Part shown: positions 22,232 to 34,249 of the stretch, piece by piece
Layout: every line of letters begins with the position of its first letter
Position numbering within the stretch: the first letter of the stretch is position 1
NCBI RefSeq assembly: GCF_964355755.1
Contig: NC_092680.1
Coordinates: 11,594,001-11,658,000 of the forward strand
Direction of reading: 5' to 3'
DNA: 64,000 bases
Source: Antedon mediterranea
Taxonomy: Eukaryota; Animalia; Echinodermata
Notes under the pieces: generated by a model
What the model saw: the letters and a program-made list of their open reading frames with translations, nothing else
What the model was told of the DNA's origin: nothing
The model's database searches: none
Position numbers and translations under genes: made by a program

Positions 22232-25200
22232 ATGGTCAAAAACGGTTTTTAATGTGATTTTAAGCACTTTGATGTTTTTGTGTAACCAAGTTTTTTCGAA
22301 AATCACAAAATGGTCTAAAACGTCTCCAAATGCGATTTGAAGCTTTTCTAAGCACTTTGGTGTTTTTATGTTAACAAGTTTTTTCGAAAATCACAAAATG
22401 GTCTAAAACGTCTCCAAATGCGATTTGAAGATATTCTGAGCACTTTGGTGTTTTTATGTTAAAAAGTTTTTTCGAAAATCACAAAATGGTCTAAAACGTC
22501 TTCAAATGCGATTTGAAGCTATTCTGTACACTTTGATGTTTTGTGTGAAAAAGTTTTGTCGAAATGCTCAAAATGGTCTAAAACGGTTTCTAATGCGATT
22601 TGAAGCTATTCTGTACACTTTGAAGTTTTGTGTGAAAAAGTTTTCTCGAAATGCTCAAAATGGTCTAAAACGTTTTTATATACCATATTAAGCTATTTTG
22701 TGCACTTTGATGTTTTTTGTGAAAAGTTTTATCGAAATTCTCAAAATGGTCTAAAACGGTTTCTATTGTGATTTTAAGCACTTTGATGATTTTGTGTAAC
22801 CAAGTTTCATCGAAATGTACAAAATGGTCTAAAACGTCTCCAAATGCGATTTGAAGCTATTCTAAGTACTTTTGTGTTTTTATGTTAACAAGTTTTTTCG
22901 AAAATCACAAAATGGTCTAAAACGTCTTCAAATGCGATTTGAAGCTATTCTGTACACTTTGATGTTTTGTGTGAAAAAGTTTTGTCGAAATGCTCAAAAT
23001 GGTCTAAAACGTTTTTAAATACGATATTAAGCTATTTTGTGATCTTTGATGTTTTTGTGTGAAAAGTTTTATCGAAATGCTCAAAATGGTCTAAAACGGT
23101 TTCTATTGTGATTTTAAGCACTTTGATGATTTTGTGTAACCAAGTTTCATCGAAATGTACAAAATGGTCTAAAACGTCTCCAAATGCGATTTGAAGCTAT
23201 TCTAAGTACTTTGGTGTTTTTATGTTAACAAGTTTTTTCGAAAATCACAAAATGGTCTAAAACGTCTTCAAATGCGATTTGAATCTATTCTGTACACTTT
23301 GGTGTTTTTATGTTAAAAAGTTTTTTTGAAAATCACAAAAAGGTCTAAAACGTCTCAAAATGCGATTTGAAGCTATTCTGTACACTTTGATGTTTTGTGT
23401 GAAAAAGTTTTCTCGAAATGCTCAAAATGGTCTAAAACGTTTTTAAAACGATATTAAGCTATTTTGTGCTCTTTGATGTTTTTGTGTAACCAAGTTTCAT
23501 CGAAAATCACAAAATGGTCTAAAACGTCTCCAAATGCGATTTGAAGCTTTTCTAAGCACTTTGGTGTTTTTATGTTAACAAGTTTTTTTCGAAAATCACG
23601 AAATGGTCTAAAACGTCTCCAAATGCGATTTGAAGATATTCTGAGCACTTTGGTGTTTTTATGTTAAAAAGTTTTTTCGAAAATCACAAAATGGTCTAAA
23701 ACGTCTCCAAATGCGATTTGAAGCTCTTCTGTACACTTTGATGTTTTGTGTGAAAAAGTTTTGTCGAAATGCTCAAAATGGTCTAAAACGTTTTTAAATA
23801 CGATATTAAGCTGTTTTGTGCACTTGAATGATTTGTGTGAAAAGTTTTAACGAAATGCTCAAAATGGTCTAAAACGGTTTCTAATGTGATTTTAAGCACT
23901 TTGATGTTTTTGTGTAACCAAGTTTTTTCGAAAATCACAAAATGGTCTAAAACGTCTCCAAATGCGATTTGAAGCTTTTCTAAGCACTTTGGTGTTTTTA
24001 TGTTAACAAGTTTTTTCGAAAATCACAAAATGGTCTAAAACGTCTCCAAATGCGATTTGAGGATATTCTGAGCACTTTGGTGTTTTTATGTTAAAAAGTT
24101 TTTTCGAAAATCACAAAATGGTCTAAAACGTCTCCAAATGCGATTTGAAGCTATTCTGTACACTTTGATGTTTTGTGTGAAAAAGTTTTGTCGAAATGCT
24201 CAAAATGGTCTAAAACGTTTTTAAAACGATATTAAGCTATTTTGTGCTCTTTGATGTTTTTGTGTAACCAAGTTTCATCGAAATCAACAAAATGGTCTAA
24301 TACGTCTCCAAATGCGATTTGAAGCTTTTCCAAGCACTTTGCTGTTTTTATGTTAACAAGTTTTTTCGAAAATCACAAAATGGTCTAAAACGTCTTCAAA
24401 TGCGATTTGAAGCTATTCTGTACACTTTGATGTTTTGTGTGAAAAAGTTTTGTCAAAATGCTCAAAATGGTCTAAAACGTTTTTAAATACGATATTAAGC
24501 TATTTTGTGATCTTTGATGTTTTTGTGTGAAAAGTTTTATCGAAATGCTCAAAATGGTCTAAAACGGTTTCTAATGCGATTTGAAGCTATTCTGTACACT
24601 TTGAAGTTTTTTGTGAAAAAGTTTTCTCGAAATGCTCAAAATGGTCTAAAAAGTTTTTATATACCATATTAAGCTATTTTGTGCACTTTGATGTTTTTTG
24701 TGAAAAGTTTTATCGAAATGCTCAAAATGGTCTAAAACGGTTTCTATTGTGATTTTAAGCACTTTGATGATTTTGTGTAACCAAGTTTCATCGAAATGTA
24801 CAAAATGGTCTAAAACGTCTCCAAATGCGATTTGAAGCTATTCTAAGTACTTTTGTGTTTTTATGTTAACAAGTTTTTTCGAAAATCACAAAATGGTCTA
24901 AAACGTCTTCAAATGCGATTTGAAGCACTTTGATGATTTTGTGTAACCAAGTTTCATCGAAATGTACAAAATGGTCTAAAACGTCTCCAAATGCGATTTG
25001 AAGCTCTTCTGTACACTTTGATGTTTTGTGTGAAAAAGTTTTGTCGAAATTCTCAAAATGGTCTAAAACGTTTTTAAATACGATATTAAGCTGTTTTGTG
25101 CACTTTGATGATTTGTGTGAAAAGTTTTAACGAAATGCTCAAAATGGTCAAAAACGGTTTCTAATGTGATTTTAAGCACTTTGATGTTTTTGTGTAACCA

Positions 25201-28200
25201 AGTTTTTTCGAAAATCACAAAATGGTCTAAAACGTCTCCAAATGCGATTTGAAGCTTTTCTAAGCACTTTGGTGTTTTTATGTTAACAAGTTTTTTCGAA
25301 AATCACAAAATGGTCTAAAACGTCTCCAAATGCGATTTGAGGATATTCTGAGCACTTTGGTGTTTTTATGTTAAAAAGTTTTTTCGAAAATCACAAAATG
25401 GTCTAAAACGTCTCCAAATGCGATTTGAAGCTATTCTGTACACTTTGATGTTTTGTGTGAAAAAGTTTTGTCGAAATGCTCAAAATGGTCTAAAACGTTT
25501 TTAAAACGATATTAAGCTATTTTGTGCTCTTTGATGTTTTTGTGTAACCAAGTTTCATCGAAATCAACAAAATGGTCTAATACGTCTCCAAATGCGATTT
25601 GAAGCTTTTCCAAGCACCTTGCTGTTTTTATGTTAACAAGTTTTTTCGAAAATCACAAAATGGTCTAAAACGTCTTCAAATGCGATTTGAAGCTATTCTG
25701 TACACTTTGATGTTTTGTGTGAAAAAGTTTTGTCGAAATGCTCAAAATGGTCTAAAACGTTTTTAAATACGATATTAAGCTATTTTGTGATCTTTGATGT
25801 TTTTGTGTGAAAAGTTTTATCGAAATGCTCAAAATGGTCTAAAACGGTTTCTAATGCGATTTGAAGCTATTCTGTACACTTTGAAGTTTTGTGTGAAAAA
25901 GTTTTGTCGAAATTCTCAAAATGGTCTAAAAGGTTTTTAAATACGATATTAAGCTGTTTTGTGCACTTTGATGATTTGTGTGAAAAGTTTTAACGAAATG
26001 CTCAAAATGGTCTAAAACGGTTTCTAATGTGATTTTAAGCACTTTGATGTTTTTGTGTAACCAAGTTTTTTCGAAAATCACAAAATAGTCTAAAACGTCT
26101 CCAAATGCGATTTGAAGCTTTTCTAAGCACTTTGGTGTTTTTATGTTTACAAGTTTTTTCGAAAATCACAAAATGGTCTAAAACGTCTCCAAATGCGATT
26201 TGAGGATATTCTGAGCACTTTGGTGTTTTTTTGTTAAAAAGTTTTTTCGAAAATCACAAAATGGTCTAAAACGTCTCCAAATGCGATTTGAAGCTATTCT
26301 GTACACTTTGATGTTTTGTGTGAAAAAGTTTTGTCGAAATGCTCAAAATGGTCTAAAACGTTTTTAAATACGATATTAGGCTATTTTGTGATCTTTGATG
26401 TTTTTGTGTGAAAAGTTTTATCGAAATGCTCAAAATGGTCTAAAACGGTTTCTATTGTTATTTTAAGCACTTTGATGATTTTGTGTAACCAAGTTTCATC
26501 GAAATGTACAAAATGGTCTAAAACGTCTCCAAATGCGATTTGAAGCTATTCTAAGTACTTTTGTGTTTTTATGTTAACAAGTTTTTTCGAAAATCACAAA
26601 ATGGTCTAAAACGTCTTCAAATGCGATTTGAAGCTATTCTGTACACTTTGATGTTTTGTGTGAAAAAGTTTTGTCAAAATGCTCAAAATGGTCTAAAACG
26701 TTTTTAAAACGATATTAAGCTATTTTGTGCTCTTTGATGTTTTTGTGTAACCAAGTTTCATCGAAAATCACAAAATGGTCTAAAACGTCTCCAAATGCGA
26801 TTTGAAGCTTTTCTAAGCACTTTGGTGTTTTTATGTTAACAAGTTTTTTCGAAAATCACAAAATGGTCTAAAACGTCTCCAAATGCGATTTGAAGCTCTT
26901 CTGTACACTTTGATGTTTTGTGTGAAAAAGTTTTGTCGAAATTCTCAAAATGGTCTAAAACATTTTTAAATACGATATTAAGCTGTTTTGTGCACTTTGA
27001 TGATTTGTGTGAAAAGTTTTAACGAAATGCTCAAAATGGTCAAAAACGGTTTTTAATGTGATTTTAAGCACTTTGATGTTTTTGTGTAACCAAGTTTTTT
27101 CGAAAATCACAAAATGGTCTAAAACGTCTCCAAATGCGATTTGAAGCTTTTCTAAGCACTTTGGTGTTTTTATGTTAACAAGTTTTTTCGAAAATCACAA
27201 AATGGTCTAAAACGTCTCCAAATGCGATTTGAAGATATTCTGAGCACTTTGGTGTTTTTATGTTAAAAAGTTTTTTCGAAAATCACAAAATGGTCTAAAA
27301 CGTCTTCAAATGCGATTTGAAGCTATTCTGTACACTTTGATGTTTTGTGTGAAAAAGTTTTGTCGAAATGCTCAAAATGGTCTAAAACGGTTTCTAATGC
27401 GATTTGAAGCTATTCTGTACACTTTGAAGTTTTGTGTGAAAAAGTTTTCTCGAAATGCTCAAAATGGTCTAAAACGTTTTTATATACCATATTAAGCTAT
27501 TTTGTGCACTTTGATGTTTTTTGTGAAAAGTTTTATCGAAATTCTCAAAATGGTCTAAAACGGTTTCTATTGTGATTTTAAGCACTTTGATGATTTTGTG
27601 TAACCAAGTTTCATCGAAATGTACAAAATGGTCTAAAACGTCTCCAAATGCGATTTGAAGCTATTCTAAGTACTTTTGTGTTTTTATGTTAACAAGTTTT
27701 TTCGAAAATCACAAAATGGTCTAAAACGTCTTCAAATGCGATTTGAAGCTATTCTGTACACTTTGATGTTTTGTGTGAAAAAGTTTTGTCGAAATGCTCA
27801 AAATGGTCTAAAACGTTTTTAAATACGATATTAAGCTATTTTGTGATCTTTGATGTTTTTGTGTGAAAAGTTTTATCGAAATGCTCAAAATGGTCTAAAA
27901 CGGTTTCTATTGTGATTTTAAGCACTTTGATGATTTTGTGTAACCAAGTTTCATCGAAATGTACAAAATGGTCTAAAACGTCTCCAAATGCGATTTGAAG
28001 CTATTCTAAGTACTTTGGTGTTTTTATGTTAACAAGTTTTTTCGAAAATCACAAAATGGTCTAAAACGTCTTCAAATGCGATTTGAATCTATTCTGTACA
28101 CTTTGGTGTTTTTATGTTAAAAAGTTTTTTTGAAAATCACAAAAAGGTCTAAAACGTCTCAAAATGCGATTTGAAGCTATTCTGTACACTTTGATGTTTT

Positions 28201-30694
28201 GTGTGAAAAAGTTTTCTCGAAATGCTCAAAATGGTCTAAAACGTTTTTAAAACGATATTAAGCTATTTTGTGCTCTTTGATGTTTTTGTGTAACCAAGTT
28301 TCATCGAAAATCACAAAATGGTCTAAAACGTCTCCAAATGCGATTTGAAGCTTTTCTAAGCACTTTGGTGTTTTTATGTTAACAAGTTTTTTTCGAAAAT
28401 CACGAAATGGTCTAAAACGTCTCCAAATGCGATTTGAAGATATTCTGAGCACTTTGGTGTTTTTATGTTAAAAAGTTTTTTCGAAAATCACAAAATGGTC
28501 TAAAACGTCTCCAAATGCGATTTGAAGCTCTTCTGTACACTTTGATGTTTTGTGTGAAAAAGTTTTGTCGAAATGCTCAAAATGGTCTAAAACGTTTTTA
28601 AATACGATATTAAGCTGTTTTGTGCACTTGAATGATTTGTGTGAAAAGTTTTAACGAAATGCTCAAAATGGTCTAAAACGGTTTCTAATGTGATTTTAAG
28701 CACTTTGATGTTTTTGTGTAACCAAGTTTTTTCGAAAATCACAAAATGGTCTAAAACGTCTCCAAATGCGATTTGAAGCTTTTCTAAGCACTTTGGTGTT
28801 TTTATGTTAACAAGTTTTTTCGAAAATCACAAAATGGTCTAAAACGTCTCCAAATGCGATTTGAGGATATTCTGAGCACTTTGGTGTTTTTATGTTAAAA
28901 AGTTTTTTCGAAAATCACAAAATGGTCTAAAACGTCTCCAAATGCGATTTGAAGCTATTCTGTACACTTTGATGTTTTGTGTGAAAAAGTTTTGTCGAAA
29001 TGCTCAAAATGGTCTAAAACGTTTTTAAAACGATATTAAGCTATTTTGTGCTCTTTGATGTTTTTGTGTAACCAAGTTTCATCGAAATCAACAAAATGGT
29101 CTAATACGTCTCCAAATGCGATTTGAAGCTTTTCCAAGCACTTTGCTGTTTTTATGTTAACAAGTTTTTTCGAAAATCACAAAATGGTCTAAAACGTCTT
29201 CAAATGCGATTTGAAGCTATTCTGTACACTTTGATGTTTTGTGTGAAAAAGTTTTGTCAAAATGCTCAAAATGGTCTAAAACGTTTTTAAATACGATATT
29301 AAGCTATTTTGTGATCTTTGATGTTTTTGTGTGAAAAGTTTTATCGAAATGCTCAAAATGGTCTAAAACGGTTTCTAATGCGATTTGAAGCTATTCTGTA
29401 CACTTTGAAGTTTTTTGTGAAAAAGTTTTCTCGAAATGCTCAAAATGGTCTAAAAAGTTTTTATATACCATATTAAGCTATTTTGTGCACTTTGATGTTT
29501 TTTGTGAAAAGTTTTATCGAAATGCTCAAAATGGTCTAAAACGGTTTCTATTGTGATTTTAAGCACTTTGATGATTTTGTGTAACCAAGTTTCATCGAAA
29601 TGTACAAAATGGTCTAAAACGTCTCCAAATGCGATTTGAAGCTATTCTAAGTACTTTTGTGTTTTTATGTTAACAAGTTTTTTCGAAAATCACAAAATGG
29701 TCTAAAACGTCTTCAAATGCGATTTGAAGCACTTTGATGATTTTGTGTAACCAAGTTTCATCGAAATGTACAAAATGGTCTAAAACGTCTCCAAATGCGA
29801 TTTGAAGCTCTTCTGTACACTTTGATGTTTTGTGTGAAAAAGTTTTGTCGAAATTCTCAAAATGGTCTAAAACGTTTTTAAATACGATATTAAGCTGTTT
29901 TGTGCACTTTGATGATTTGTGTGAAAAGTTTTAACGAAATGCTCAAAATGGTCAAAAACGGTTTCTAATGTGATTTTAAGCACTTTGATGTTTTTGTGTA
30001 ACCAAGTTTTTTCGAAAATCACAAAATGGTCTAAAACGTCTCCAAATGCGATTTGAAGCTTTTCTAAGCACTTTGGTGTTTTTATGTTAACAAGTTTTTT
30101 CGAAAATCACAAAATGGTCTAAAACGTCTCCAAATGCGATTTGAGGATATTCTGAGCACTTTGGTGTTTTTATGTTAAAAAGTTTTTTCGAAAATCACAA
30201 AATGGTCTAAAACGTCTCCAAATGCGATTTGAAGCTATTCTGTACACTTTGATGTTTTGTGTGAAAAAGTTTTGTCGAAATGCTCAAAATGGTCTAAAAC
30301 GTTTTTAAAACGATATTAAGCTATTTTGTGCTCTTTGATGTTTTTGTGTAACCAAGTTTCATCGAAATCAACAAAATGGTCTAATACGTCTCCAAATGCG
30401 ATTTGAAGCTTTTCCAAGCACCTTGCTGTTTTTATGTTAACAAGTTTTTTCGAAAATCACAAAATGGTCTAAAACGTCTTCAAATGCGATTTGAAGCTAT
30501 TCTGTACACTTTGATGTTTTGTGTGAAAAAGTTTTGTCGAAATGCTCAAAATGGTCTAAAACGTTTTTAAATACGATATTAAGCTATTTTGTGATCTTTG
30601 ATGTTTTTGTGTGAAAAGTTTTATCGAAATGCTCAAAATGGTCTAAAACGGTTTCTAATGCGATTTGAAGCTATTCTGTACACTTTGAAGTTTT
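21082..30694 (+). repeat. Near-perfect tandem duplication, period 4804 bp
   Basis: Identical ORF-track pairs at +4804 (22506/27310 and 23454/28258). Private variants in both copies: GAATCTATT, CACAAAAAGGTC, CACTTGAATG, GCACCTTGC and a chimeric 78-mer. I noticed only one difference (21659 A vs 26463 T). Confidence 0.95.
23691..25885 (+). repeat. Older 1280-bp periodicity nested in the 4804-bp unit (repeated at 28495-30689)
   Basis: D(CTCTTC) starts at 23691/24971, AAATCAACAA at 24281/25561, GGATATT at 24061/25341. Several substitutions separate the copies. Confidence 0.82.
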
Positions 30695-33600
30695 TTGTGA
30701 AAAAGTTTTCTCGAAATGCTCAAAATGGTCTAAAACGTTTTTATATACCATATTAAGCTATTTTGTGCACTTTGATGTTTTTTGTGAAAAGTTTTATCAA
30801 AATTCTCAAAATGGTCTAAAACGGTTTCTATTGTGATTTTAAGCACTTTGATGATTTTGTGTAACCAAGTTTCATCGAAATGTACAAAATGGTCTAAAAC
30901 GTCTCCAAATGCGATTTGAAGCTATTCTAAGTACTTTTGTGTTTTTATGTTAACAAGTTTTTTCGAAAATCACGAAATGGTCTAAAATGTCTCCAAATGC
31001 GATTTGAAGATATTCTGAGCACTTTGGTGTTTTTATGTTAAAAAGTTTTTTCGAAAATCACAAAATAGTCTAAAACGTCTCCAAATGCGATTTGAAGCTA
31101 TTCTGTACACTTTGATGTTTTGTGTGAAAAAGTTTTGTCGAAATGCTCAAAATGGTCTAAAACGTTTTTAAAACGATATTAAGCTATTTTGTGCTCTTTG
31201 ATGTTTTTGTGTAACCAAGTTTCATCGAAAATCACAAAATGGTCTAAAACGTCTCAAAATGCGATTTGAAGCTTTTCTAAGCACTTTGGTGTTTTTATGT
31301 TAACAAGTTTTTTCGAAAATCACGAAATGGTCTAAAATGTCTCCAAATGCGATTTGAAGATATTCTGAGCACTTTGGTGTTTTTAATGTTAAAAAGTTTT
31401 TTCGAAAATCACAAAATGGTCTAAAACGTCTCCAAATGCGATTTGAAGCTATTCTGTACACTTTGATGTTTTGTGTGAAAAAGTTTTGTCGAAATGCTCA
31501 AAATGGTCTAAAACGTTTTTAAATACGATATTAAGCTATTTTGTGATCTTTGATGTTTTTGTGTGAAAAGTTTTATCGAAATGCTCAAAATGGTCTAAAA
31601 CGTTTTTAAAACGATATTAAGCTATTTTGTGCTCTTTGATGTTTTTGTGTAACCAAGTTTCATCGAAAATCACAAAATGGTCTAAAACGTCGCCAAATGC
31701 GATTTGAAGCTTTTCTAAGCACTTTGGTGTTTTTATGTTAACAAGTTTTTTCGAAAATCACGAAATGGTCTAAAATATCTCCAAATGCGATTTGAAGATA
31801 TTCTGAGCACTTTGGTGTTTTTATGTTAAAAAGTTTTTCGAAAATCACAAAATGGTCTAAAACGTCTCCAAACGCGATTTGAAGCTCTTCTGTACACTTT
31901 GATGTTTTGTGTGAAAAAGTTTTGTCGAAATTCTCAAAATGGTCTAAAACGTTTTTAAATACGATATTAAGCTGTTTTGTGCACTTTGATGATTTGTGTG
32001 AAAAGTTTTAACGAAATGCTCAAAATGGTCAAAAACGGTTTCTAATGTGATTTTAAGCACTTTGATGTTTTTGTGTAACCAAGTTTTTTCAAAAATCACA
32101 AAATGGTCTAAAACGTCTCCAAATGCGATTTGAAGCTTTTCTAAGCACTTTGGTGTTTTTATGTTAACAAGTTTTTTCGAAAATCACAAAATGGTCTAAA
32201 ACGTCTCCAAATGCGATTTGAAGATATTCTGAGCACTTTGGTGTTTTTATGTTAAAAAGTTTTTTCGAAAATCACAAAATAGTCTAAAACGTCTCCAAAT
32301 GCGATTTGAAGCTATTCTGTACACTTTGATGTTTTGTGTGAAAAAGTTTTGTCGAAATGCTCAAAATGGTCTAAAACGTTTTTAAAACGATATTATTAAG
32401 CTATTTTGTGCTCTTTGATGTTTTTGTGTAACCAAGTTTCATCGAAAATCACAAAATGGTCTAAAACGTCTCAAAATGCGATTTGAAGCTTTTCTAAGCA
32501 CTTTGGTGTTTTTATCTTAACAAGTTTTTTCGAAAATCACGAAATGGTCTAAAATGTCTCCAAATGCGATTTGAAGATATTCTGAGCACTTTGGTGTTTT
32601 TATGTTGAAAAGTTTTTTCGAAAATCACAAAATGGTCTAAAACGTCTCCAAATGCGATTTGAAGCTCTTCTGTACACTTTGATGTTTTGTGTGAAAAAGT
32701 TTTGTCGAAATGCTCAAAATGGTCTAAAACGTTTTTAAATACGATATTAAGCTGTTTTGTGCACTTTGATGATTTGTGTGAAAAGTTTTAACGAAATGCT
32801 CAAAATGGTCTAAAACGGTTTCTAATGTGATTTTAAGCACTTTGATGTTTTTGTGTAACCAAGTTTTTTCGAAAATCACAAAATAGTCTAAAACGTCTCC
32901 AAATGCGATTTGAAGCTTTTCTAAGCACTTTGGTGTTTTTATGTTAACAAGTTTTTTCGAAAATCACAAAATGGTCTAAAACGTCTCCAAATGCGATTTG
33001 AGGATATTCTGAGCACTTTGGTGTTTTTTTGTTAAAAAGTTTTTTCGAAAATCACAAAATGGTCTAAAACGTCTCCAAATGCGATTTGAAGCTATTCTGT
33101 ACACTTTGATGTTTTGTGTGAAAAAGTTTTGTCGAAATGCTCAAAATGGTCTAAAACGTTTTTAAATACGATATAAAGCTATTTTTTGATCTTTGATGTT
33201 TTTGTGTGAAAAGTTTTATCGAAATGCTCAAAATGGTCTAAAACGGTTTCTAATGCGATTTGAAGCTATTCTGTACCCTTTGAAGTTTTTTGTGAAAAAG
33301 TTTTCTCGAAATGCTCAAAATGGTCTAAAAAGTTTTCTATTGGGATTTTAAGCACTTTGATGATTTTGTGTAACCAAGTTTCATCGAAATGTACAAAATG
33401 GTCTAAAACGTCTCCAAATGCGATTTGAAGCTATTCTAAGTACTTTTGTGTTTTTATGTTAACAAGTTTTTTCGAAAATCACAAAATGGTCTAAAACGTC
33501 TTCAAATGCGATTTGAAGCTATTCTGTACACTTTTATGTTTTGTGTGAAAAAGTTTTGTCGAAATTCTCAAAATGGTCTAAAACGTTTTTAAATACGATA

Positions 33601-34249
33601 TTAAGCTGTTTTGTGCACTTTGATGATTTGTGTGAAAAGTTTTAACGAAATGCTCAAAATGGTCAAAAACGGTTTCTAATGTGATTTTAAGCACTTTGAT
33701 GTTTTTGTGTAACCAAGTTTTTTCAAAAATCACAAAATGGTCTAAAACGTCTCCAAATGCGATTTGAAGCTTTTCTAAGCACTTTGGTGTTTTTATGTTA
33801 ACAAGTTTTTTCGAAAATCACAAAATGGTCTAAAACGTCTCCAAATGCGATTTGAAGATATTCTGAGCACTTTGGTGTTTTTATGTTAAAAAGTTTTTTC
33901 GAAAATCACAAAATAGTCTAAAACGTCTCCAAATGCGATTTGAAGCTATTCTGTACACTTTGATGTTTTGTGTGAAAAAGTTTTGTCGAAATGCTCAAAA
34001 TGGTCTAAAACGTTTTTAAAACGATATTAAGCTATTTTGTGCTCTTTGATGTTTTTGTGTAACCAAGTTTCATCGAAAATCACAAAATGGTCTAAAACGT
34101 CTCAAAATGCGATTTGAAGCTTTTCTAAGCACTTTGGTGTTTTTATGTTAACAAGTTTTTTCGAAAATCACGAAATGGTTTAAAATATCTCCAAATGCGA
34201 TTTGAAGATATTCTGAGCACTTTGGTGTTTTTATGTTAAAAAGTTTTTT

